Positions 54,826 through 63,577 of a stretch of DNA of 64,000 nt are shown here, piece by piece. Each line of letters starts with the position of its first letter. The first letter of the stretch is position 1. The notes under the pieces were generated by a model that was not told the origin of the DNA, did not search any database, and worked only from the letters and a program-made list of their open reading frames with translations. The position numbers and the translations under genes are program-made. Location: positions 16,325-80,324 of the forward strand of contig JACPLB010000006.1 in assembly GCA_016186705.1 (NCBI GenBank), in the 5' to 3' direction. This DNA is from Candidatus Kaiserbacteria bacterium. Its GTDB lineage: Bacteria > Patescibacteriota > Minisyncoccia > Phycocordibacterales > JABMNX01.

Positions 54826-55398
54826 ATGAAGAATGATAGGTATACACCAAAGGAGATACTCCTCTATCTCCTTGTGGGGGGAAGTATAGTCGTTGGTGTG
54901 GCATATCCTGTCTTTCTCACGCCGGCAATATTTCTTGCGCATTATCTAAAAAAGAAAGATATTAATAAACAAAATAAAGACCGTCTCAAAAGCTCTTTTT
55001 ATTATTTAAAAAATAAGGGATATATTTCAATAAAGAAACGTAATGGGAAAGTAATCATAGGTCTTTCCGATAGGGGTATAGAACGAGCGAAAATATACAA
55101 GATACAAACGAAGTTGAATGAAAGACGTAGAAAAAAAGTGGTATGGGATGGACGTTGGCGCGTGGTTATATTTGACATCCGGGACAGCCACAAGCTTAAA
55201 AGAGACGCGTTACGACGGGTGTTGCAACGTTCTGGGTTTAAACTTTTACAAAAAAGTGTGTGGATATACCCCTTCGACTGTACTGAAGAAATATCTTATG
55301 TTAAGGATTTTTTTAATATAGACGACAAAGAGTGTCGAATTCTTACCGTAAGTGATATTGGAGACGATAAAGACGTACGGAAAGAGTTTGGCGTATAA
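54826..55398 (+). CDS. PaaX-like transcriptional regulator with N-terminal hydrophobic segments
   Basis: C-terminal VVWDGRWRVVIFDIRDSHKLKRDALRRVLQRSGFKLLQKSVWIYP matches the PaaX_C pattern (WDG.W....D.......R..LR..L...GFG.L...VW..P). A wHTH-like region precedes it (LKSSFYYLKNKGYISIKKRNGKVIIGLSDRG). Two N-terminal hydrophobic stretches. Confidence 0.55.
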   Translation: MKNDRYTPKEILLYLLVGGSIVVGVAYPVFLTPAIFLAHYLKKKDINKQNKDRLKSSFYYLKNKGYISIKKRNGKVIIGLSDRGIERAKIYKIQTKLNERRRKKVVWDGRWRVVIFDIRDSHKLKRDALRRVLQRSGFKLLQKSVWIYPFDCTEEISYVKDFFNIDDKECRILTVSDIGDDKDVRKEFGV

Positions 55399-55455
55399 GG
55401 GAGGGGAAGTGTAGGGAAGCAAAGAGAAAGCAAGATATAGAAGAGTAGAAAAAGC

Positions 55456-55495
55456 AAAGGATATTTTCTCAGCTATAGCTGAGAAAATATCCTTT
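55456..55495. repeat. intergenic palindromic repeat R copy 3
   Basis: aaaggatattttctcagc-tata-gctgagaaaatatccttt. Preceded by a GA-rich tract (55381-55455). Confidence 0.6.
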
Positions 55496-55584
55496 GCGAG
55501 TCTTTTATGAGTTATAAACAGAAATAACGTGATTATACTTTTAAATATTGCTAGCATAAAAAGTAACAATTCTAGATTCTAACG

Positions 55585-56208
55585 ATGAAAGCTCTTTTTT
55601 TGAAGATATGGATAATCGGACGATGGATACTTCTCATCCTCGCCGTATTATTTGTCGGTCTAGTCATTTATCGCATTCCTTTTATAGCAGAACAAGAGCG
55701 CACTGAAGAAGCTATTACGCGCATTGAAGCGCAGGTACTCACTAAAGAAGATGTAACGGGAGAGCGCCTGCCGCCACAACCTGACCAGGCACTTGTGAAT
55801 GCAACAGTTGAGGGAATTGACGCGAACAAAAATGGCATCCGTGATGATGTTGAATTAGCAATTTTTGAACGGTACTCGGGAGATATAAATATCAAGATTC
55901 GCGCGGCAATGTTGCAATATGCAATAGCACAACAGGTGTATCTAACAGATGTATCTAACTCAGAAATTTGGATTGCCGCTGTGAAACACCGAGGGAGAGG
56001 AATCGGTTGTTTGGTTGAAGTAGCGTTTGAAGAATACACTGATATTAAAGATCAAATAGGAAAAACTGATGAATGGATAATGTTTGTAAGTGATCTCATT
56101 TTTAACTCGGATAGACGTCTGGAGAAGAAGAATGAGATTGATCAATTCGATACTGCCTATGCTGACGGAGGCACAGAAACATGTGATGTAGATTTGGAGA
56201 TTTTATAA
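55585..56208 (+). CDS. membrane-anchored hypothetical protein
   Basis: N-terminal TM (IWIIGRWILLILAVLFVGLVIY), then a soluble domain. No family recognised. Confidence 0.4.
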   Translation: MKALFLKIWIIGRWILLILAVLFVGLVIYRIPFIAEQERTEEAITRIEAQVLTKEDVTGERLPPQPDQALVNATVEGIDANKNGIRDDVELAIFERYSGDINIKIRAAMLQYAIAQQVYLTDVSNSEIWIAAVKHRGRGIGCLVEVAFEEYTDIKDQIGKTDEWIMFVSDLIFNSDRRLEKKNEIDQFDTAYADGGTETCDVDLEIL

Positions 56209-56217
56209 TTCGCCGCT

Positions 56218-58965
56218 ATGAGGGTTCTGCTTCTCATCATAGCAATTCTCTTAACTCCAAATTTTGCACAAGCTACGGTATGTCAGAGCACTGGATATAC
56301 AGTATTGTTTATTAACGGTATTTTTACTGAACGAGCTAAAGCTGAGTCCGACATAAGAATATTTGAAAGAGCGTTCTTACAAACGTCTGATTTGAAGAAC
56401 GTTATTTTTCGGTTAGGCTATAATTCTTCACATTTCGCGGGTTTTGGAGATATAGCACAAGTTGTATCGCAGGCGCTCGGAAGTTCGATAAGTGATTTTG
56501 ATCTCAGGACTATTTTGATGCAGGTTTATCCGGAAGTTACTACGCGAAAAATTCTACTCGTCGGGCACTCGCAGGGGACATTTTATACAAACGAGCTGTA
56601 CGATTATCTCACACTACATGGAGTACCAGAGGAATCTATTGCCGTGTATAACCTGGCGACTCCTGCGAGTTTGGTTGCCGGCGGCGGAAAGTATCTGACG
56701 TCTGGGAACGACAACCTCATTAATACGGTACGAGAGTGGACAGCCGCCGCCGGTACAGAACAGCCGCTACCGGCAAACATTCTTATCCCGCTCTCTTCAT
56801 TGGAGACACAAGAACTTTGGCGCGGACATTCATTCAGCGGCGAGTATCTTGCACAAGGCACCGGTATAATTGTTTCTGATATTACCAACGTTCTTACTTC
56901 ATTAACCGCCAAAGATACTATAGACGCGGATATATCCGGCTGCTTCGAACCGCCAGCGGACACACTCTCGTATCGTATACAGGAATTCGGATTTGCCGTT
57001 GTTGATCCATTTGCTCAAGCTACCCGAAACACGGCACAAGCAACAGGAAGAGCTGTTGCAATAACCACATCACGAGTCACTTCGGGTGTTAAGGCAGCAG
57101 TTAGTGCAATCAGTGAAACACTCTCGACAGTAAATACGCCCGCGTCACCTTCAGGCCTTGACACCGTGGCACAGGACCTTGCTTCAGTAAGTGGTGCAAC
57201 AGAATCGATTGCTGTTACTGGAGAAGGAAGTATTTCCATTACCCCAGAGGCGCCTGTGATATTGCCAAATAACACAACGGAACTATTACCTGAAGACACC
57301 GATACGTTTGCAATACCCGAAGAAGAAAAATTGACCGAAACTGCGGATGATTTTGATACAGAGGATCAAGACTCGGAGAATACGTTTGGAGTTCCGGACC
57401 TGATTCCCGTCATTACTCCGTTCGTTGGAGGGAGCGGCAGTGGCCCTTTGAAAATTAAGGAAGCGCAAGAAAAAGCCGAGGCTGAAGCGGAAACTGTAGA
57501 AGAGGTCGTTACTCCTCCTCTCTCAATCATATCGCCGGGAAACTCGTCTATTTTTGCGACAACCACGGTTACATTTACCGGGACAACGACGCCTCTTGCG
57601 ACCGTATCGCAAACTTTTTCAAGCGCGACAACAAGTGCCGATGTAGACGGTAATTGGGAGCTCACACTTTCCGGATTTTCGGAAGGAGCGACGACGGTGC
57701 GGTTTACTGCAACAAACCAAGAAAATATCGCATCGGACCCGACAGAGTTATTGATTAATATCGATACCGTCTCGCCTTCGTTTGAATTGTTCAGTGTACT
57801 GCAATGCATCTATTCACTTACTTCCGGTCTTTGTTTATCCGGAAGCACGAATGTCAATGTAATGTGGACATCAACTTCAACCGACATTGCATATTACGGA
57901 ATTGTCTTAAATGGCACAGAATCTGCGACTACAACAGCCACTACGACGACAGCAACGCTTTCCAATAACGCCAACAGCACTATCGAAATTGTCGCATATG
58001 ATACGGCAGGAAATGTAGCTACATCTTCCTCTCAAGTTGTTGAAGTACTTGACATGCCGATAGTGATAAATGAAATTGCGTGGGCGGGTACGCAGACGGA
58101 CGAATTTGATGAGTGGATTGAACTCTACAACAGAAGCAATTACACAATCAATCTTTCAAACATAATACTCCTTGCTGAAGATGGGGTTCCATACGTTTCT
58201 TTATCAAGCACGCTTGCCTCTGACGGGTACTATCTCATTGAACGTACTGATGATAATACTACAAGCATTACGGCAGATTTAACCGTGGCTTTCAGCGGAA
58301 TAGGCAATGGTTCCGGGCTTTCGAACAGCGGAGAAGTACTAAACTTAATTCACGCACTCGGCGGACAAGCGTCAACAACACTTGATGCAACTCCAGCTTT
58401 ATCTTCGTGCAGTAACGCGTGGTGCGCTGGAGGAGAGGGGAGCCAGCCGACCACGATGGAACGGGCAAGCGCTTCTACAGATGGGACACTTTCTTCAAAC
58501 TGGAAATCAAACAATACATTTACGAAGAATGGCACTGATGCGGGCGGGAACATTATTAACGGTACGCCTCGCGCACAGAATAGTGTCAGCTTGCTTGATA
58601 TCGGCTACTTCTGCTCTCCGGAAACGGAAAGTTTTGAAGAAGATGGCTTTTATACCCCGCCTACATCCGCATCATGTACATATCTTTCTTCCGAACTTTC
58701 CGGTCAGCGGTATGGAGATTTGTATAGGGGGACTGTCGCAAGCTCAACCATAGTAACCGGGCATTCATTAGGGGTAAGTACCAGTAAAACCGAAACTGAC
58801 TCATATTCTGGGGCAGTACAAGGAGACAGCTATTTCGTTGCGATTTTTGAAATTCACAGCAATCCCAACTTGACTGCCTTCCGAAATTATTTTCAAACCG
58901 GCGCGAATGCCCCGCCGCACTTAAACTACGGCATCATTAACTGGACATACGGTACTGCGCCATAA
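56218..58965 (+). CDS. secreted alpha/beta-hydrolase (lipase/esterase-like, GHSQG) fused to Thr-rich beta repeats and a lamin-tail domain
   Basis: Signal peptide (LLLIIAILLTPNFAQA). Nucleophile elbow ILLVGHSQGTFYTNELYDYL. Central T/S-rich region. LTD-like VINEIAWAGTQTDEFDEWIELYNRSNYTINLSNIILLAEDG. Confidence 0.55.
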   Translation: MRVLLLIIAILLTPNFAQATVCQSTGYTVLFINGIFTERAKAESDIRIFERAFLQTSDLKNVIFRLGYNSSHFAGFGDIAQVVSQALGSSISDFDLRTILMQVYPEVTTRKILLVGHSQGTFYTNELYDYLTLHGVPEESIAVYNLATPASLVAGGGKYLTSGNDNLINTVREWTAAAGTEQPLPANILIPLSSLETQELWRGHSFSGEYLAQGTGIIVSDITNVLTSLTAKDTIDADISGCFEPPADTLSYRIQEFGFAVVDPFAQATRNTAQATGRAVAITTSRVTSGVKAAVSAISETLSTVNTPASPSGLDTVAQDLASVSGATESIAVTGEGSISITPEAPVILPNNTTELLPEDTDTFAIPEEEKLTETADDFDTEDQDSENTFGVPDLIPVITPFVGGSGSGPLKIKEAQEKAEAEAETVEEVVTPPLSIISPGNSSIFATTTVTFTGTTTPLATVSQTFSSATTSADVDGNWELTLSGFSEGATTVRFTATNQENIASDPTELLINIDTVSPSFELFSVLQCIYSLTSGLCLSGSTNVNVMWTSTSTDIAYYGIVLNGTESATTTATTTTATLSNNANSTIEIVAYDTAGNVATSSSQVVEVLDMPIVINEIAWAGTQTDEFDEWIELYNRSNYTINLSNIILLAEDGVPYVSLSSTLASDGYYLIERTDDNTTSITADLTVAFSGIGNGSGLSNSGEVLNLIHALGGQASTTLDATPALSSCSNAWCAGGEGSQPTTMERASASTDGTLSSNWKSNNTFTKNGTDAGGNIINGTPRAQNSVSLLDIGYFCSPETESFEEDGFYTPPTSASCTYLSSELSGQRYGDLYRGTVASSTIVTGHSLGVSTSKTETDSYSGAVQGDSYFVAIFEIHSNPNLTAFRNYFQTGANAPPHLNYGIINWTYGTAP

Positions 58966-59052
58966 ACATTACCACTTCTCGCCATTTTGTAAGATGGGGT
59001 AAGTAAGACAGATTACATAAGAGGGGGAGAAGTAAAAAGAGGCAAAGGAAGT

Positions 59053-59095
59053 AAAGGATATTTTCTCAGCTATCGCGCAAAATTCTCCTGTGTAG
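59053..59095. repeat. intergenic repeat R copy 4 (hybrid of the R1/R3 left arm and the R2 right arm)
   Basis: aaaggatattttctcagctatcgcgcaaaattctcctgtgtagg. Preceded by a GA-rich tract (58980-59052). Confidence 0.55.
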
Positions 59096-59398
59096 GAGGG
59101 AATAAAGGGGGTGGGGATAAAGGTTGCGGAAGTATTATTTCGTGGTATTGTAAAAGATGGAGCAGTACCATGACGTTTTTTGGTGAACGCTCTGACTTTG
59201 TTTCAAACCGACCGTGGAAGGACACACCATGACCAAGCGTCTCTCCGCCATTCGGCCGCCGGGGACAACGAGTCTCCTGCGTCCGAAACACCAGATCGGC
59301 ATCTCCGCGGAAGTCCGCACCGACTTCAAGACGAACGTCGGCGACCTCGACACCGCCTAGCCACTCAACGGCGAGGCACGTGTTTCACCTCTAGTTAA

Positions 59399-59440
59399 TT
59401 GCCGGCGTCCAACCTTCGGGATGGACCGTCACGCCGGCAA
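59399..59440. other. strong stem-loop in GC-rich non-coding locus
   Basis: ttgccggcgt-ccaaccttcgggatggaccgtc-acgccggcaa: perfect 10-bp outer stem with an internally paired loop (gtcca...tggac). Downstream, ccccggcgcagg...cctgccgccgggg plus a T-run (59495-59540) looks like a terminator. Confidence 0.35.
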
Positions 59441-59640
59441 TAAGGGGATTGTGGCGATCTCCTCTCTACGGGATAGCGCAAGCCACTTTCCCCCGCCCCG
59501 GCGCAGGTTCTCCTCCTGCCGCCGGGGCTCTACTTTTTTATACTAAAGGGAACGGTAACTTGACAGAGATATAATTTTATGTTTATAATGTAGCTTGAGG
59601 TTCTTTTGCAGTTGTATATCACTCATTCACGGAGGTTCCG

Positions 59641-60387
59641 ATGGGTAACATTTCCATTCTTCTCATCGGCCGTGGGCAGATGGGAAAAGACGAAGAGGCA
59701 CATTTACGCACTTGCTTCCCTGAGATTGATGGCATTTCCTACGTCAATGGGGAGAATCTCTCCACCTTCAAACTCTCGCGGATTGCGTATGACTCAGACG
59801 TGATGGTCTTGGTGGACCCGCGTCAGTTGCCGCGCACGGTTGATATCGTCCGCGGAGCACTCGGACAGCAATCAAAAACGATGCTGTTCTGTGGCGACAC
59901 ACAACATCTCGAACTCCGCTCGGTTTCTTTGGAGCTCGTTGATTTTGTTCTGCAGGAAGCTGAAATTCGTTTCCTAGAGAGCATACCGCATTCTCAGTAT
60001 AACGTTGCCTTCTCAATGATTGAGAAAACCGAAGACCGCGAAGAGTACATCTGGCGGATGGTTCGGAATGCCCGCATCAGCACCCTGTCCCCGCACTTTA
60101 CCTCGTGGAGACCCAGCAGTCCCGAACAGTGGGAAGAGCTTGTCACGCATCATCGCCCAAACTTGGTTGTCATGAGTATGGGGGACAGGAACGTGCGGTT
60201 CGCGTATCACGCGCTCCTTGCACGGCGTCCGAGGGAAGAACGGATTAAGAATGTCCAGAGGCAAGGACATATCCCAAATCACTTTCCTCATGCGATTTTC
60301 TACATGAAGAAAGACAAAAACGGCAAAGAATCACTAGCACTCTGTGAAGTTCGACTGAAGTTTAAGACGGTCGAGCAGAGCACTTGA
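59641..60387 (+). CDS. hypothetical protein
   Basis: 248-aa ORF preceded by ttgaca/tataat-like elements (59557-59590) and a gaggt RBS. No family recognised. Confidence 0.4.
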   Translation: MGNISILLIGRGQMGKDEEAHLRTCFPEIDGISYVNGENLSTFKLSRIAYDSDVMVLVDPRQLPRTVDIVRGALGQQSKTMLFCGDTQHLELRSVSLELVDFVLQEAEIRFLESIPHSQYNVAFSMIEKTEDREEYIWRMVRNARISTLSPHFTSWRPSSPEQWEELVTHHRPNLVVMSMGDRNVRFAYHALLARRPREERIKNVQRQGHIPNHFPHAIFYMKKDKNGKESLALCEVRLKFKTVEQST

Positions 60388-60484
60388 CCCCTAGGCAACA
60401 TGCCCGGGGGTTTCCTTTTTAATAAGAAAAAACGTATCGTGTGTATAGTATACTCGTCTCTTCTTTGTATTTCGGGTATACTTT

Positions 60485-60976
60485 TTGCATATGAAAGACG
60501 ACCAGGGAGTGTGGAATTTTATCTTTTCACTGTTCTTTCTCGCGGTGTTTGCGGGTGCGCTCTGGGCGCTTTTCGCTCTCGGACGGCTCCCGATAGCGAT
60601 TACCGTCTTTGATTTTATACTTGTTATTCTCGCGACGCTCCGCGTAACGCGGCTTTTTGTCTACGACAAAGTCACGCAATTTATTCGCGACTGGTTTATG
60701 CGAAAGGAGATTATGGAAGGAGACGGGGGAGAAATTGTCATTGTCCGCCAAAAACTTGCTAGAGGACCGCGCCGTACGATACATGAACTCCTCTCATGTC
60801 CGTGGTGTTTCGGCATCTGGTCGGGGCTCTCCGTGTCATTTTTTTATTACCTCACGCCGCTTGCGTGGTTTCCAATTCTTGTCCTCGCTGTCTCCGGCGC
60901 AGGCACCATGCTCCAGCTTCTCTCAAATATGATAGGGTGGCGCGCCGAGTATCTGAAGAAGAAAACAGAAGAATAA
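60485..60976 (+). CDS. DUF1360-family membrane protein
   Basis: 4 TM. Conserved RLFVYDKVTQFIRDWF and LLSCPWCFGIWSG (CPWC) motifs characteristic of DUF1360. Confidence 0.55.
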   Translation: MHMKDDQGVWNFIFSLFFLAVFAGALWALFALGRLPIAITVFDFILVILATLRVTRLFVYDKVTQFIRDWFMRKEIMEGDGGEIVIVRQKLARGPRRTIHELLSCPWCFGIWSGLSVSFFYYLTPLAWFPILVLAVSGAGTMLQLLSNMIGWRAEYLKKKTEE

Positions 60977-61384
60977 TCAATGCGCAAAACGAACAGGGGG
61001 GCTCTAAAGCCCCCCTCCCTTGGTGTTTTTAAACTCCTCCTTAATTTGGCGTCGTGCATTTTCCTCGCATTTGGGCGAGTCGCAAATGTATCGCATAACG
61101 ACGCGGCCGTTTCCGGCGCGAATGGCAGGGAAGAGAAAGTCTCTTTCTTTGCCATTCTCTGCTCCGCACAAGGTCGCAGTTGCGGGGTCAGGACAACAAC
61201 AGCAGCGTATTGAGGAGGGATGTTTCCCGCCCTCTCGTCTCAATGATTCCAACTGGAATTCCATACATACCCCCTCAAAATTGGAAGATTTCCTGCACAC
61301 CATCGTACACCTTACGATTGATATTGGAAATCTTGACTGCAAGCTCGCTTTGGGGTAAGGTGTGCAGTATTGGACTGAAGACAG

Positions 61385-61423
61385 CCCCGACGCACAGTCG
61401 GGGTCCCGACTGAAACGTCGGGA
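61385..61423 (+). promoter_or_regulatory. twin hairpins with near-identical stems in the structured rplJ leader (attenuator-like)
   Basis: ccccgac-gcaca-gtcgggg immediately followed by gtcccgac-tgaaac-gtcgggac. The central gtcggggtcccgac is itself quasi-palindromic, so alternative pairings are possible. Located ~150 nt upstream of the rplJ ATG. Confidence 0.35.
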
Positions 61424-61568
61424 CAGGAAGCCGTAAGGCGTTAATAATCCGTAAGGACCCTGCCGAGGTTGAGCCGGACGAATACCGGCGAAATCCCGCT
61501 CCGCGGGATTCTCGAACACCCACTTCAGACCGTTTCGGTCGATTTTTATTTTTACCGTTTATATCGGT

Positions 61569-62057
61569 ATGGCAAAAACAAAACAGCAAAAAGTTGAGAT
61601 ACTTGAGAAGATTAAAGACGCTATCGCGAACGCCGCGTCAGTCGTCTTTGTAAATTTCCACGGACTCGGCGTCTCTGAGGCGAACAATATGCGCAACGCG
61701 CTCAAAGAGGAAGGTATCAGGTATTTCGTCTCGAAAAAAACACTCATTCGGCGGGCTCTTGAAGATGCGAAACTTCCCGGAGATATACCCGTGCTTGATG
61801 GAGAACTTGCGATTGCGTGGGGAGACGACTCAATTGCTCCGGCGAGAGGAATCAATACATTCGCGACAAAATACGAAGGGAAGCTCTCCATTCTCGGCGG
61901 CATCTTTGAGCGACGACTCATAGGAAAAGAAGAAATGCTGGCTATCGCGTCAATTCCGCCGCTCAAAACTCTCTACGGGCAATTTGTAAACATCATCAAT
62001 AGCCCGATACAGGGTTTTGTGATGGCACTCGGTCAAATAGCCGAGCAAAAGTCCTAA
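61569..62057 (+). CDS. rplJ: 50S ribosomal protein L10
   Basis: MAKTKQQKVEILEKIKDAIANAASVVFVNFHGLGVSEANNMRNALKEEGIRYFVSKKTL. Followed by rplL. Confidence 0.9.
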   Translation: MAKTKQQKVEILEKIKDAIANAASVVFVNFHGLGVSEANNMRNALKEEGIRYFVSKKTLIRRALEDAKLPGDIPVLDGELAIAWGDDSIAPARGINTFATKYEGKLSILGGIFERRLIGKEEMLAIASIPPLKTLYGQFVNIINSPIQGFVMALGQIAEQKS

Positions 62058-62104
62058 TCATTAACAACTAAAAACTAAACACTCATAGCTCGAAGCTAAA
62101 AACC

Positions 62105-62587
62105 ATGACAGAAGAAACAAAGAAGACGGAAAAAAAACAGGAAGCACCCGCCGAAGCACAGAAACTTGAGGCAACAGAAACTCCGACAGCTACGCCTACA
62201 GAAAGCGTAGAAGTTCCCGCAAAATTCAAAAAACTCATCAACGACATTGAGGCAATGACGGTACTTGAGCTTCATGAACTCGTAAAAGTGCTTGAGAAAA
62301 AATTCGGCGTCTCGGCAGTCGCTGTCGCGGCGGCACCTGGAGGCGCGGGAGGCGAAGGCAATGCGACTGAAGAGAAAAGTATCTTTTCAATCGAACTCTC
62401 AAGCGCCGGAGCCCAAAAGATTGCCGTTATTAAAGTAGTCAAAGACGTGCTCGCGCTCGGACTCAAGGAAGCAAAAGACCTTGTTGAGAGCGCACCGGCT
62501 CTCTTGAAGGAGGGTGTGAAGAAAGAAGAGGCGGAAGAGATAAAAAAGAAAATTGAGACGGCAGGAGGCAAAGTTACGTTAAAGTAA
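62105..62587 (+). CDS. rplL: 50S ribosomal protein L7/L12
   Basis: Ala/Gly-rich hinge ([14 protein letters not shown]) and C-terminal domain ([55 protein letters not shown]). Confidence 0.9.
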   Translation: MTEETKKTEKKQEAPAEAQKLEATETPTATPTESVEVPAKFKKLINDIEAMTVLELHELVKVLEKKFGVSAVAVAAAPGGAGGEGNATEEKSIFSIELSSAGAQKIAVIKVVKDVLALGLKEAKDLVESAPALLKEGVKKEEAEEIKKKIETAGGKVTLK

Positions 62588-62644
62588 CATTACTCTGGAA
62601 TGCGAAAGTGCGAGTCGCCAGCTCGTATTTCTCGTAAACCAACG

Positions 62645-62674
62645 ACACAGCCGCCTGAAAAAGGCGGCTGTGTC
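62645..62674 (+). terminator. rho-independent terminator of the rplJL operon
   Basis: acacagccgcc-tgaaaaa-ggcggctgtgt. Confidence 0.55.
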
Positions 62675-62716
62675 ATCCGGTTGCGTTCCGTAGGAAGGGG
62701 GGTACAATACCGGCAT

Positions 62717-63358
62717 ATGGAGACTCTCGACATACTACTTGGAGGCGCCCATCGGGTGAAAATCCTCCGCCTCTTCGTGTTTAACGAAGGGGATACGTTT
62801 GAACTAAAGGATATTGCTCGCCGAACAAGGACAACTATCTCGTCCACCCGAAAGGAGACAGCGATGATGGAGAAAGTAGGTCTCCTCAAGCGCCGCGTGT
62901 TTTTCACTTCCATGACACGGCGCGGAAAGAAAGGAAAGACAGCAAAGAAAAAAGCGCGTGGTTTTACGCTTAATCCGAAATTCAAGTACCTCACGGCGCT
63001 TCGCACCTTTCTTTTGACGGCGGCTCCTATTCAGCACAACGAAATAGTGAAAAGACTCAACACCACTGGGCGATGCAAGCTCATCGTCATTGCCGGTACG
63101 TTCATCCAAGACGTGAACGGTAACGTCGACCTCTTGATTGTCGGCGATAATATCAGCGAACCGCGGCTTGAACGTGCGGTGCGGGACATTGAAGCAAAAC
63201 TTGGCAGGGAACTTCGATACGCAAACTTTTCGACTCATGATTTCGCGTATCGCATGAACATTTACGATAAACTTTTGCGCGATATTTTCGACTACCCTCA
63301 CCAGACGCTCTTAAACCGTCTCGGGAGAGAATACAACGGCGGAGACATCCCTCAATAA
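62717..63358 (+). CDS. hypothetical protein with N-terminal wHTH-like region
   Basis: Track ORF 62600.. trimmed to ATG 62717 (METLDILLGGAHRVKILRLFVFNEGDTFELKDIARRT...). Basic K-rich linker. C-terminal domain (KLIVIAGTFIQDVNGNVDLLIVGD...). Confidence 0.4.
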   Translation: METLDILLGGAHRVKILRLFVFNEGDTFELKDIARRTRTTISSTRKETAMMEKVGLLKRRVFFTSMTRRGKKGKTAKKKARGFTLNPKFKYLTALRTFLLTAAPIQHNEIVKRLNTTGRCKLIVIAGTFIQDVNGNVDLLIVGDNISEPRLERAVRDIEAKLGRELRYANFSTHDFAYRMNIYDKLLRDIFDYPHQTLLNRLGREYNGGDIPQ

Positions 63359-63577
63359 GGCATTCTACGGCTCTACCTCTTGCTGTGATTGTCCACAGGA
63401 ATGGGCACACCACCTCTGTGTCAATGGTATGATGTAGCTATACGCACAGATTGCGTATCTATCAAGGTCGATGGCATTACAGCCACTTAAATCATAGTAC
63501 ATTCGGGCATCCCGCCCGATTTATCCTAGGCGTCTGCTCCTCTCCATACGGGAATCGGGGCAGTCGACATATACAAT

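Noticed and set aside
59300-59325. RNase P RNA P4-like motif ggaagtccg
   Set aside because: The complementary 3' P4 strand (ACAGAANCCGGCUUA-like) and the CR-II/CR-III blocks are not identifiable; insufficient for an RNase P call.
60400-60612. 70-aa ORF overlapping the start of the DUF1360 gene
   Set aside because: It is out of frame with, and overlapping, a gene that has a clear family signature (CPWC). No RBS.
61004-61519. 171-aa minus-strand ORF and 112-aa plus-strand ORF in the rplJ upstream region
   Set aside because: Cys/Arg/Pro-rich low-complexity translations within a GC-rich, hairpin-dense region. More consistent with a structured leader RNA than with coding sequence.
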